Below are positions 19,647 through 28,949 of a stretch of DNA of 64,000 bases, in pieces. Made by a program: the position numbers and the translations under genes. Source of the stretch: Spirochaetia bacterium (GTDB lineage: Bacteria > Spirochaetota > Spirochaetia > DSM-2461); assembly GCA_963668315.1 (NCBI GenBank), contig OY764216.1, forward strand, positions 1,312,001 to 1,376,000. Reading direction: 5' to 3'. The notes below the pieces were generated by a model. That model was given only the letters and a program-made list of their open reading frames with translations, was not told where the DNA came from and searched no databases. The number at the start of each line of letters is the position of its first letter. The first letter of the stretch is position 1.

Positions 19647-19664
19647 GTAACAGGAAGGTAAACT
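19647..19664 (-). promoter_or_regulatory. Candidate OmpR-family binding box upstream of SDR-like gene
   Basis: GTAACAGGAAGGTAAACT, 16/18 identical to 27002-27019; TATGAT -10-like element 10 nt downstream on the minus strand. Confidence 0.55.
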
Positions 19665-19673
19665 CTTATCAAT

Positions 19674-20717
19674 TTAATTATTTATACAGGTGAGATTAAC
19701 GGTAAAACAACTCCCTTCCCCCGGTACGCTTTCGGCCTTCACTGAGCCGCCCGAAAGATCGAGAATCCTCTTCACTATGGAGAGGCCCAGCCCCAGCCCG
19801 GCCGATTTATACACGTTTCTCCCCTTATGGAATTTGGTAAAAATCCTGGCAAGGTCCTCATCGTCTATTCCCATCCCCGTATCTCTTATGGAAAGGGAGC
19901 ACCGGTTTTTTTGTCCCTTCTGGGTTATGGTGACCGAACCGCCCTCGGGGGTGTACTTTATGGCGTTGGAGAGAAGATTGATCCAGACATGTTTCATGAG
20001 CGTCCTGTCCGCTTTCACCTCTACCGGGTAGAGATCGGCGGACAGATCTATGCGCTTCTTCATCCAGAAGGGGGAGAGGAGGATAACACACTCTCTGATC
20101 TGCTCATCAAGCAGATAAATTTCCCTGTCCGACTGGATCTCTGTTGATTCCAGTTTTGTCAGAAGCAGGGAGTTCCGGGAGAGATCCGCCAGTCGTTTCG
20201 ACTCCTCCGAAATCGTCTCTAGATATCCGATCTGTTCCTCCCGGGGGAGATCCTCCCTGAGCAGCAGGGTGGCGAAGCCGTTTATAGACATGATAGGCGT
20301 TTTGAATTCATGGGAAAAATGATTGATGAAATCTTCCCTCAGGGTTTTCGTGCTCTCCAGTTCCCGCTGCATTTTGTTGAAATTCAGAAAAATTTCCTTA
20401 TATGGACCGGCATTGGAAAGGTCCAGCTCTTTTTTGAAATTCCCCTCGCCGACTCTCTTCAGGCCATAGAGAAGGGAGGACATATACTTATAGCTTCTTC
20501 TCTGGGAAATCCAGGTCACGACACCCATGAGGGCTCCGTAGGGAATAATCATGCCCAGAGCATCGTAAAGCTGAAAGTCCGAAGTTCTCCCTTCCCGAAT
20601 GCTGATACTGTACTCAAGGAAAGCAAATACCAGCACGGAGAGGTTCGTTGTTATGAAGGAGAGTAATGAGAGACTTTTCTTTAATTCCCGATACATTCCG
20701 ACCTTGCTATTTTTCAT
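19674..20717 (-). CDS. HAMP-domain sensor histidine kinase (intramembrane-sensing type)
   Basis: Two close TM helices, HAMP, FSHEFKTP, NLLSNAIKYT, DTGMG, GLGLGLSI. Confidence 0.93.
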   Translation of the reverse strand: MKNSKVGMYRELKKSLSLLSFITTNLSVLVFAFLEYSISIREGRTSDFQLYDALGMIIPYGALMGVVTWISQRRSYKYMSSLLYGLKRVGEGNFKKELDLSNAGPYKEIFLNFNKMQRELESTKTLREDFINHFSHEFKTPIMSINGFATLLLREDLPREEQIGYLETISEESKRLADLSRNSLLLTKLESTEIQSDREIYLLDEQIRECVILLSPFWMKKRIDLSADLYPVEVKADRTLMKHVWINLLSNAIKYTPEGGSVTITQKGQKNRCSLSIRDTGMGIDDEDLARIFTKFHKGRNVYKSAGLGLGLSIVKRILDLSGGSVKAESVPGEGSCFTVNLTCINN

Positions 20718-21384
20718 CGAGTATTTCCATCCTATAGCCGATTCCCTTAACCGCTTTCAGCGAAAGCCCGGAAAAGGGACTGATCTTTTTCCTGAGACGG
20801 CTGATCTGGGTTTTCAATGTGTTTTCGCTGCTCTCCGCCGAATAGCCCCAGACAGAATCGAACAGCTGGCTTTTCGTATAGATCCTTCCGGGATAGGACA
20901 GGAACTTGTGAAGCAAATCGAACTCTTTCCTGGGAAGAGTTACAGACTGTTCTCCCATGGATAGGGTGAGGCTCAGGCTGTCCATGGTTAAGTCCCCGTT
21001 TATCACCTGCCGGTCGCCGACCGCCTTCGAACGTTTGAGCAGGGCCTGGACCCGCCAGACGAGTTCGTCAAGTTCAAAGGGTTTCGTCAGGTAATCATCC
21101 GTCCCCAGGGAAAACCCCTGCCTCTTCAGATCAAAATCCTGATTCGCCGTAATCATCAGAATGGGAATGGTCGACCCCGATCCCCTGACTTTCCCGATAA
21201 GCCCGAAGCCGTCCATTCCGGGCATCATGATGTCGGCGATCAGAAGGTCGATCTCCCTTTCGGATATGGTTTGCCAGGCCTCTACCCCGTTGGTGGAGCA
21301 CAAAAGGATATGGCTCTTTGCGAGCTCTCTCTTCATAAGAAATCTTATGTTGTCATCATCTTCCGCTATAAGAATCGTGGCCAT
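20707..21384 (-). CDS. OmpR family response regulator
   Basis: ILIAEDD, DIMMPGMDG, DDYLTKPF, wHTH ending RLRKK...VKGIGYR. Confidence 0.95.
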   Translation of the reverse strand: MATILIAEDDDNIRFLMKRELAKSHILLCSTNGVEAWQTISEREIDLLIADIMMPGMDGFGLIGKVRGSGSTIPILMITANQDFDLKRQGFSLGTDDYLTKPFELDELVWRVQALLKRSKAVGDRQVINGDLTMDSLSLTLSMGEQSVTLPRKEFDLLHKFLSYPGRIYTKSQLFDSVWGYSAESSENTLKTQISRLRKKISPFSGLSLKAVKGIGYRMEILDEK

Positions 21385-21401
21385 GAGATTTCCCTTGCCG
21401 A

Positions 21402-22751
21402 TTACTTTATTATTCCGATTGATTGCTCCCAGTCAAAGGTGTAGGATAAATAATCGTACACGGCCGAAAGGTAGCCCAGTTTGGCATTATCCATGTTCAG
21501 GCGGGCGTCCTTCATTTCCAGCTGGGTGGAAAGACCGTTCTCCGCGGCTATCTCGATGATTTCATAGGCTTTCCTGGCAGTTTCCCAGGTGGCCTCGGCT
21601 AGGGTGATCCTGCTTTCCGCCTCCTCCAGCTGGAGGTACAGATTGTTTGAATCGTTCAGTATCTCATCTTCCTTCTTCAAAAGGTCAAGGCGGGCGCTCT
21701 CTTCCTCTATTTTGGCCTGCTTCACCTTCTGGAACCGGCTTCCCCCGTAGAAAACGGGGATATTCATGGTCAGTCCGACGCTGAACGCATCAATGTCGTT
21801 ACTGTCAAGAACATCGTCATTGTAGAAGTTGCGGGCGTATCCGGCCGTGGCGCTCAGGGTGGGGTAGAAGGAGGATCTCTGGGAGTCCACGCTGATCTCC
21901 TGCAGCCTGAGGGCCTGAACCTGAATCCGGTAGTCCACACTGCTTCCCAGAATCTGATCTCCGGTCATCTCATCCGGCAGGGAGGGAACCGATTCCAGTG
22001 AATCGGTCAGAAATATCTCCTCATCAGAGTCTATTCCCGCCAGCTGCTTCAGGTTGGATATTCCCAGTTTCAGGTTCCTTTCCGCCATGGACGTGTCGGG
22101 TATCGTCATCTGCCAGTTCACCTTGGCCTGCATGACCTGCAATTCGGAAAGCTGCTGATTGTCAAATTTTTTCCGGGTGTTCCGGTAATTCTCCAGGGCG
22201 TTCTGTTCGGCCGTCTTTCTCATCCCGTAGACCTCGTTCAGCAGTACTACCTGAAAATAGAGTTTCTTCGCCGCCGTCAGAATGGCAGCCCGGCTCTTTT
22301 CCAGAACGGCCTGGGAGAGTAGGGTATTTTCCCCCGCCGCCTTGACGGCGTTGAGGGCGTTTATATCGAACAGGGTCTGCTGCAGTCCCAGCTGGAAGGA
22401 GAGCTCATTGTCGTAGTTGGAGGGAACATCGGCATAATAGAAATCGTTCAATCCGTCGCCGTTTCCGTCCGCCCCGGTGGAGCCGATCGCCGCGGTCTGG
22501 GTCATTTCAAGGATATTCCTCGTGTATCCCACGCTGCCGGATACCATGGGCAGGAAGGCCGAACGGGCCAGCTTCTTCTGAACGGAAGCCATCTCCCTAT
22601 CCAGGGAGGCCTTCTGCAGGTCCTTATTGTTGGCTTCCACCAGTTTGATGTATTCATTCAGGGTTATGTCCTTTGCCGAAAGGGGCAGGAAGAGTCCCGC
22701 TCCCAGTAATATTGTTATGAAAACCGTGATTTTTCTTTTCATTTTATGCAT
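21402..22751 (-). CDS. TolC family outer membrane efflux protein
   Basis: Signal peptide; duplicated OEP repeats (ARSAFLP.VS, SSFYPTLS, VGLTMNIPVFYGG). Confidence 0.88.
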   Translation of the reverse strand: MHKMKRKITVFITILLGAGLFLPLSAKDITLNEYIKLVEANNKDLQKASLDREMASVQKKLARSAFLPMVSGSVGYTRNILEMTQTAAIGSTGADGNGDGLNDFYYADVPSNYDNELSFQLGLQQTLFDINALNAVKAAGENTLLSQAVLEKSRAAILTAAKKLYFQVVLLNEVYGMRKTAEQNALENYRNTRKKFDNQQLSELQVMQAKVNWQMTIPDTSMAERNLKLGISNLKQLAGIDSDEEIFLTDSLESVPSLPDEMTGDQILGSSVDYRIQVQALRLQEISVDSQRSSFYPTLSATAGYARNFYNDDVLDSNDIDAFSVGLTMNIPVFYGGSRFQKVKQAKIEEESARLDLLKKEDEILNDSNNLYLQLEEAESRITLAEATWETARKAYEIIEIAAENGLSTQLEMKDARLNMDNAKLGYLSAVYDYLSYTFDWEQSIGIIK

Positions 22752-25700
22752 CCTTTTTTAATACGAGATCGGCCGAGACCGAGGGCTTTTTCTTTCTCCC
22801 CAGCATGTATTCCAGTGCGGGGATCAGGAAGAGGGAGAGGAAGGTGGCCGCGATGAGGCCGCCGGTGCTCACAAGGCCCATGGGCTGCCTCATCTCCACT
22901 CCCGTGTCGCCCAGTCCCAGAGCCATGGGGAGCATCCCGAGGATCGTGGCGATGTTGGACATGAGGATGGGCTGCAGTTTCGTCGGGCAGGCCGTGAGCA
23001 GGGCTTCCTTAACGGCCATACCCCCCTCCTGGAGCTGGTTCGTGTACTCGAGAATCAGAATGGCGTTGTTCACAACCATTCCCACCAGCATGATAATGGC
23101 CAGCATGGAGATAATGTTCATGGCAAAGCCGGTTATCAGGAAGATGGAGACCACGCCTATGAGGGAAAGGGGAACCGTGGAAAGTATCAGAAGGGGCTGG
23201 CCGAACTTTCCCAGCACCGCCGCCAGAAGCATATAGGTGAGAAGAATGGCCATGATGAAGGCAATGCCCATGCTGGCCGTAGACTCGTTCATCAGGTCGG
23301 AGACGGAACTCCACTTGAGGGTCACTTCGCCGCCGTTCAGCTCGTTGTGGAGAGCGGTGATCTGGGTGGTCACTTCGCTCTGGGCCACGCCGGCCCTGAG
23401 GGAGCCGATGATCTCCGCCGTGGGGAGCTTGTCCGTGCGGAGCAGCTTACTGACGCCGTTTTCGATCTCTATATCGGCGAAGAAAGAGAGGGGATAGACG
23501 CCGGAGGAGAGGGTGATGGGGATGTTTTCGATATCCTCGTAGCTGGAGACATCGGACCTGTCCAGCATGATTCTGACGTCATAGGCCTTGTCCCCCGATT
23601 TCAGCTCGGTCATGACCAGCCCGTCGACGGAGGCTCTTATATAGGTGGAGAGTGTCTGCACGTTCACTCCGAACTCCCTCAGCTTCTCCCGGTCCGGGTA
23701 GATATTGATCTCCGGTTTGCCCGCTTTAAGGCTGGTTTCGGCACTCCTCAGTTCCGGGAGAGCTTCCAGTCTTTCCAGATAGAGGGGGACGTACTTCTTC
23801 AGTGTTTCCGAATCTTCGGCCTGAAGGTAGAAACTGACGGAGGAGGAGTCGATTTCCTTGTCGCCCGCTACCTTTACCCGTATCCGGGCGTTGGTTATTC
23901 CCTTGAGGGACCGGTCCATCTCCTCGGTGATTTCCTGGGTGGTCTTTGTCCGGGTAGCCTTGCCTTTCAGTACAATCTGGATTTTCGCCAGGTTGGTTCC
24001 CGAGTCGAGGGCGGAAAGAGCGCCCAGGGTCGTCACAAAGCGGTCCACATCGTCGAACGTTTTCAGAATATCTTCTATCTCCGTAATCTTCTCGGCGGTC
24101 TGGTCAAGGGACGCGTCCTGGGGCAGTTCCGCCTCCACAAGGATCTTTCCGCTGTCCGAAACGGGGGTGAACTCGATAGGAACCCTGGTGAAGCCCGCCA
24201 GAGAGACGATGAAGAGGACAAAGGTCAAACCCACCAGAAGGGCGCTTCTTTTCTTGTTCTTCAGTATCGCTGTGAGAATGCTTTTATAGCCCCTTTCGAG
24301 GCACTGAAAGAAAGCTTCGATCTTCAGGGCGAATCCGTTTTTTTTGCCGATGTTTTCGGGAAGAAGCCGGGAGGCCAGCATCGGGGTGAGGGTAAAGGAT
24401 ACCAGAAGGGAAAACACGGTGGATATAACGACGGTGAGGGCGAAGTCCTTGAGGTACATCCCGGCGATGCCGCCCATGGTTCCCAGGGGAAGAAAAACGC
24501 ACACATTGGTCAGGGTCGAGGCGAACACTGCCACGGCCACTTCCTTGGCGCCGATGGAGGCGGCCTTGGCGGGAGAGTTTCCCAGCGACTTGTGGCGGAA
24601 AATATTCTCCAGGACGACCACGGAGTTCATGACGAGAACGCCCACGGAGGTGGATATTCCCATGAGGGACATTTCGTTCATGGAGATGCCCAGAAGATTC
24701 AGGATAATGAACGTGGGAATGATGGAGAGAGGCATGGAGAGGGCCGCGATAATCGTCGAGCGGATGTCATGGAGAAAGAAGAGAAGAACGAGGGATGTGA
24801 AGAGTATTCCCAGAAGGATACTCGACTGGGTATCTTTCACCGTGTCTTCCACGAGGACGGAATCGTCGCTCACTATAGAAAGCTCCGATCCGTGGGGGAG
24901 AGCTTTGTTGATTGAGGCCAGCTCTTTCTTCAGTTCCTTGGCTATCTCCACAGAGTTGCCGTCGGAGGATTTTACGATGCTCAGGAGCACGCAGTTGGCG
25001 TCTCCCAGGCTTTCGTCGCCGCTGTAGTAGGTGATTCTTTTCTTGCCGTCCGCCGGGGACATCTCTACCGAAGCCAGCTGGTTCAACTTATAGTAACCGT
25101 AGTTTGTGGGAATCTCCTGGTTGGCTATTTCTTCCATATTCCGGAACTCCCCCTTGAAATTGACCGAGTACTCCTGGTTCTCGTTCTTGAAGCTGCCCCC
25201 CGGCAGGGAGTGGTTTTCCCCGTCCAGGATTCCGCCGATCTGCAGGAGGTTGAGGTGGTACTCGTAGACCCTGTCGTCGTTGAAGATAATGCGGATCTCC
25301 TCGTCCTGACCCCCTTCAATATCGACGTTTCCGATTCCGGGGATGCGGGACAGTTTGTCCTTGACCGTTGTATTGGCTATGCCATAGAGCTCGGCCGGGT
25401 CCCTATTCCCCTGAAGAACAAGGGTCATGACGGCCGTGGCGGTCAGGTCCATTTTGGAAATGACCGGTGTGTCCGCATCATCGGGAAGGTCGTTCAGAAT
25501 GGCGTCCACCTTCTCCTTGACCTCCTGGCTGGCCGTATCGGCATCCTTGTCCAGGGCGAATTCCAGGGTGATCAGGGATACGCTGTCCATGCTGTAGGAC
25601 ATAATGGACTCCAGTCCGCCTATGGAACTGATCTCATCTTCGATCTTGGTGGTAATCTGCGACTCAATCTGATCGGGGGTGGCCCCGCCGTAGATTGTCT

Positions 25701-25842
25701 GGATTGAGATGTAGGGCACTTTCGTATCGGGCATGAGGTTCAGGGGAATCTGAACGTAAGCCAGCACCCCGAAAAGGAACAGGGCGATCATGACCATGAT
25801 GATCATAACCGGTTTTTTTATGGATAAATCTGCTAATAACAT
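22744..25842 (-). CDS. RND efflux transporter permease (AcrB/AcrD/AcrF family)
   Basis: SIKKPV, P.QIE..IT..IE, VVLENI, VSFTLTPML, GMVVNNAIL, PILM....ILGMLP.ALG. Confidence 0.95.
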   Translation of the reverse strand: MLLADLSIKKPVMIIMVMIALFLFGVLAYVQIPLNLMPDTKVPYISIQTIYGGATPDQIESQITTKIEDEISSIGGLESIMSYSMDSVSLITLEFALDKDADTASQEVKEKVDAILNDLPDDADTPVISKMDLTATAVMTLVLQGNRDPAELYGIANTTVKDKLSRIPGIGNVDIEGGQDEEIRIIFNDDRVYEYHLNLLQIGGILDGENHSLPGGSFKNENQEYSVNFKGEFRNMEEIANQEIPTNYGYYKLNQLASVEMSPADGKKRITYYSGDESLGDANCVLLSIVKSSDGNSVEIAKELKKELASINKALPHGSELSIVSDDSVLVEDTVKDTQSSILLGILFTSLVLLFFLHDIRSTIIAALSMPLSIIPTFIILNLLGISMNEMSLMGISTSVGVLVMNSVVVLENIFRHKSLGNSPAKAASIGAKEVAVAVFASTLTNVCVFLPLGTMGGIAGMYLKDFALTVVISTVFSLLVSFTLTPMLASRLLPENIGKKNGFALKIEAFFQCLERGYKSILTAILKNKKRSALLVGLTFVLFIVSLAGFTRVPIEFTPVSDSGKILVEAELPQDASLDQTAEKITEIEDILKTFDDVDRFVTTLGALSALDSGTNLAKIQIVLKGKATRTKTTQEITEEMDRSLKGITNARIRVKVAGDKEIDSSSVSFYLQAEDSETLKKYVPLYLERLEALPELRSAETSLKAGKPEINIYPDREKLREFGVNVQTLSTYIRASVDGLVMTELKSGDKAYDVRIMLDRSDVSSYEDIENIPITLSSGVYPLSFFADIEIENGVSKLLRTDKLPTAEIIGSLRAGVAQSEVTTQITALHNELNGGEVTLKWSSVSDLMNESTASMGIAFIMAILLTYMLLAAVLGKFGQPLLILSTVPLSLIGVVSIFLITGFAMNIISMLAIIMLVGMVVNNAILILEYTNQLQEGGMAVKEALLTACPTKLQPILMSNIATILGMLPMALGLGDTGVEMRQPMGLVSTGGLIAATFLSLFLIPALEYMLGRKKKPSVSADLVLKKDA

Positions 25843-25855
25843 CTTAATTCCTCCT

Positions 25856-26890
25856 TCAGCCGTTTATGATGACGACTTTCGAATGATCATCCAGCAGCAT
25901 CAGACCTTCTGTGACGAGGGTATCCTCTTCTGTCAGGCCCGATTCCACTTCATAGTAAAATCCCTGGTGGAGGCCGAGGGTAATGTCTCTTTTCTCGGCG
26001 TAATCTTTTTTGACCACGTAGGTATAGCTTCCGGAAGTATCGGTGATGAACTCATCCTTATGCAGGACAATGGCGTTGCCATGTTCAAGGGTCCTGATCC
26101 TGATGGACGCCGTGACGCCGCTGGGAATGATGAACAGGGAATTGTCGAATAGAAGCTGAGCCGTAAAAGCCTTGCTTCTGGCGTCCTTGGAGAGGTTCAC
26201 GCGGATGACTTCCCCCGTGATACTGTACCCTTCCCAGTGCGCCTCTGCGGTCTGGCCGTCCTTCAAAGCGGCTATGCTGCTGTCGGGGATCGATATGGAC
26301 GCGGTCATGGTCTGGTAATCGGAGACGGTGAAAAGGGTATCCCCCGGGGACACGCTGTCCTGCCTGTCCACTGAGAGCTGAGTGATATATCCCGATACGG
26401 GAGCCTTCACTTCTATCATGTCGGAAACGGCGTTCCAGTTCGCCAGCTGTACTTCGTACTGGGTCTTTGCCTGATCGAAATCCTGACGGGCAATCCCGTT
26501 GCTGGCGAAGAGGTTTTTCATGCGATTATAAGTCTTTTCCGCCGCTTCATAGGAGGCGAGGCTCTGGTAATACTGAGCCGATGAGGTGTCCTTGGGGAAG
26601 GAGAGGATTACCTCGTCTTTCTCCACATAATCGCCTACATTGAAGTAGATGTCTTCAATCATTCCGCTGAGGGAGGACGTCTTCGTCGCTTCATTCGCCC
26701 CGTGCAGGACGGCGGTATAGTTCTGAAACTGGGTAAAGGTCTCATCCTTTATATTTTTTACTTTTACGGGAATCGCTTCCTCCTGAGTCACGGTAAGCTG
26801 TGAAGACTCCTGTGAGTCATTTCCCCTGTCAGAACAGGAAGTGGTGATAATCACGGTGAGGGAAATCAGCATAAACAGCATTTTCTTCAT
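25856..26890 (-). CDS. RND efflux periplasmic adaptor (MFP), lipoprotein
   Basis: TTSC lipobox, VGDYV, VKAPVSGYI, SGL...D.LVTEG. Confidence 0.92.
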   Translation of the reverse strand: MKKMLFMLISLTVIITTSCSDRGNDSQESSQLTVTQEEAIPVKVKNIKDETFTQFQNYTAVLHGANEATKTSSLSGMIEDIYFNVGDYVEKDEVILSFPKDTSSAQYYQSLASYEAAEKTYNRMKNLFASNGIARQDFDQAKTQYEVQLANWNAVSDMIEVKAPVSGYITQLSVDRQDSVSPGDTLFTVSDYQTMTASISIPDSSIAALKDGQTAEAHWEGYSITGEVIRVNLSKDARSKAFTAQLLFDNSLFIIPSGVTASIRIRTLEHGNAIVLHKDEFITDTSGSYTYVVKKDYAEKRDITLGLHQGFYYEVESGLTEEDTLVTEGLMLLDDHSKVVIING

Positions 26891-27001
26891 TATTTTGTTC
26901 TCCTTTGCACAAGCCGTCCGGGACGGTCGGGCATAAATCTCTTTTTCAGGGCCGGACCGTTCCGGCCGTTTGCTTTATGTGAGGTAATATCAGGCTTGTA
27001 G

Positions 27002-27019
27002 GTAACGGCAAGGTAAACT
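27002..27019 (-). promoter_or_regulatory. Candidate OmpR-family binding box upstream of RND operon
   Basis: GTAACGGCAAGGTAAACT (GTAA half-sites with 11-bp period), 16/18 identical to 19647-19664. Confidence 0.55.
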
Positions 27020-27091
27020 TTGCGGAGAATTTTCAAAAAATATCTTTTTCAAGGAGAGACCGGCCCGTTACCTTCATAGAGCGTTGTCATA

Positions 27092-27120
27092 TTGACAATA
27101 AAGTAGCTCAGGCTTATCTT
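27092..27120 (+). promoter_or_regulatory. Sigma70-type promoter for HAD/EEP genes
   Basis: TTGACA-N17-TATCTT; the -35 lies within the palindrome TTGTCA-TAT-TGACAA (27084-27098). Confidence 0.55.
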
Positions 27121-27185
27121 TTATCTGCTGCTTCGTCTGTTCGAGTAACTATGGGGCTGAATGATTTCGCTTTACTGGAGTTCTG

Positions 27186-28010
27186 ATGATTAAATTATGC
27201 GCCTTTGATATGGACGGGACCCTCTTGAATAATGAAGAAGTAGTTTCTGAGGAAAATAAAAAAGCTCTTCTTGAATTAGAAAAAGAAGGCGTTGGGGTTG
27301 TTCTGGCGACGGGGCGGCCCGAGCTTTTTGTAAGGAGTTATATCAAAGAACTGGATATAAAGCTTCCGGTAATTTCCTGTAACGGAGCTATTGTCCGCAA
27401 CATGGGTACAGGAGAGTTGCTCCATACGGTCCCTATGGATAAGAATGCCTGCCTGGCTATTACGGAAATCTGTTCAGAGTACCATCTGGCATTTCAGATG
27501 TTCGGTATAGATTCGATGTTCTTGCAGTCAGGCGATCCCGTACTTCAGCGCATCAATAAATTCAACAGGGAATATGACGATGAGGATCAGATATCCTTCG
27601 TCCTTTTAGAGAACCCCCGGAAAATCCTTGAAAACGGGGACGCCATATACCGGATTAAGGTCGATATTGATGACTGCAGTATAAAAGACAAAATAGAGTA
27701 TGAAGTTAATCAAATCAATGGAATCTCCGCCTGCTTTTCCGATTCAAATTTGCTTGAATGCATCCATGAAAGCGTGAGTAAGGGAAATGCGTTAAAGCTG
27801 GTTTCCGAAAGTCTGGGGATACGCCGGGAGCAGGTGGCCGCTTTCGGTGACAGCTATAATGATTTGAGTATGTTCGATTTTGCCGGAATATCCGTAGCTA
27901 TGGGAAATGCAGAAGACAGAGTTAAGTCAAATGCCCAATTCGTGACCAGAACAAACAGTGAATCCGGGGTAGCCTATGGAATCAGAGCCTATATTCTGGG
28001 GAGTATTTGA
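27186..28010 (+). CDS. Cof-type HAD-IIB family phosphatase
   Basis: FDMDGTLL, LATGR, CNGA, SKG.AL, AFGDSYNDLSMF, AMGNA. Confidence 0.95.
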   Translation: MIKLCAFDMDGTLLNNEEVVSEENKKALLELEKEGVGVVLATGRPELFVRSYIKELDIKLPVISCNGAIVRNMGTGELLHTVPMDKNACLAITEICSEYHLAFQMFGIDSMFLQSGDPVLQRINKFNREYDDEDQISFVLLENPRKILENGDAIYRIKVDIDDCSIKDKIEYEVNQINGISACFSDSNLLECIHESVSKGNALKLVSESLGIRREQVAAFGDSYNDLSMFDFAGISVAMGNAEDRVKSNAQFVTRTNSESGVAYGIRAYILGSI

Positions 28011-28810
28011 TGAAGAAACTGAAAGTACTGACTTTGAACATAAGAAGGGACGAGAAGGATGACGGAATAAACAATTGGGAATTCCGGACAGGGATCGTGG
28101 AAGAAATCCTGAAGAGACACCAGCCGGATATCGCCGTATTCCAGGAAGTCTATCATAATCAGCTTTTGGATCTGGCGAAGATGCTGTCCCATTACCAGTA
28201 TGTAGGTGTAGGAAGGGAAAACGGGAAGCAAGGGGGAGAATATGCTCCCGTTTTTTACAAAAACTTGGAAATGGCTGATAGCGGGAATTTCTGGCTGAGT
28301 GATACTCCTAATATCCCGAGTAATACATGGCCAGGGCTGAAAAGGATTTGTACCTGGGCCACTTTTTCCGGGGAAAACCCTTTTGTCATTATGAATACCC
28401 ATCTTGATAATGGGTACAGTGATACCCGGCTGAAAAGTGCCGGGCTCATCAAAGAGCGCATAGGACAATTCAATTCCAAAATTCCTGTTATCCTGACGGG
28501 GGATTTCAATTGTACCCCTGATTCGGATGCCTACAGAGCTTTTAGCGGATATATGACCGATACATTTCCCCTCAACCGGGAAATTATGAATGGCAGAATA
28601 CCTGATGTCTATCCCACGACTTTTCATGATTTCAAAGGGAATGATTTTTCCTTATCCATACCCGGACCAATCGATTATATTTTGTACAGGGGAGAAGGGA
28701 TCAGGGCGGAATCCAGAATCTTATCCGATAATCCAGCCAAAGTTCCGGGTGTTTATCCTTCTGATCACTGGCCTGTCCTTTGCGAATTCACTTTTTCGAA
28801 CCGCTGCTAG
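28010..28810 (+). CDS. Endonuclease/exonuclease/phosphatase (EEP) family protein
   Basis: TLNIR, PDIAVFQE, NTHLD, LTGDFN, IDYI, PSDHWPV; TGATG coupling to the HAD gene; no signal peptide. Confidence 0.92.
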   Translation: MKKLKVLTLNIRRDEKDDGINNWEFRTGIVEEILKRHQPDIAVFQEVYHNQLLDLAKMLSHYQYVGVGRENGKQGGEYAPVFYKNLEMADSGNFWLSDTPNIPSNTWPGLKRICTWATFSGENPFVIMNTHLDNGYSDTRLKSAGLIKERIGQFNSKIPVILTGDFNCTPDSDAYRAFSGYMTDTFPLNREIMNGRIPDVYPTTFHDFKGNDFSLSIPGPIDYILYRGEGIRAESRILSDNPAKVPGVYPSDHWPVLCEFTFSNRC

Positions 28811-28949
28811 GTTAGCTAGGTTAGCTAGGTTAGCTAGGTTAGCTAGGTTAGCTAGGTTAGCTAGGTTAGCTAGGTTAGCTAGGTTAGCTAGGTTAGCTAG
28901 GTTAGCTAGGGTAGCTAGGTTAGCTAGGGTAGCTAGGGTAGCTAGGGTA
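28806..28949. repeat. 9-bp tandem repeat, 16 units (12 x GCTAGGTTA, 4 x GCTAGGGTA)
   Basis: Counted directly; units 12, 14, 15 and 16 are the GGG variant; fills the whole gap between two convergent genes. Confidence 0.98.

Noticed and set aside
23347..24915. 522-aa plus-strand ORF
   Set aside because: Antisense shadow of the RND permease.
26910..26970. Two GC hairpins in the RND operon leader as riboswitch or attenuator
   Set aside because: No U-tract on the coding (minus) strand and no known aptamer consensus.
28806..28949. CRISPR array or telomere-like repeat
   Set aside because: There are no spacers or cas genes, the unit is 9 bp and head-to-tail, the location is internal, and the likeness to TTAGGG is superficial.
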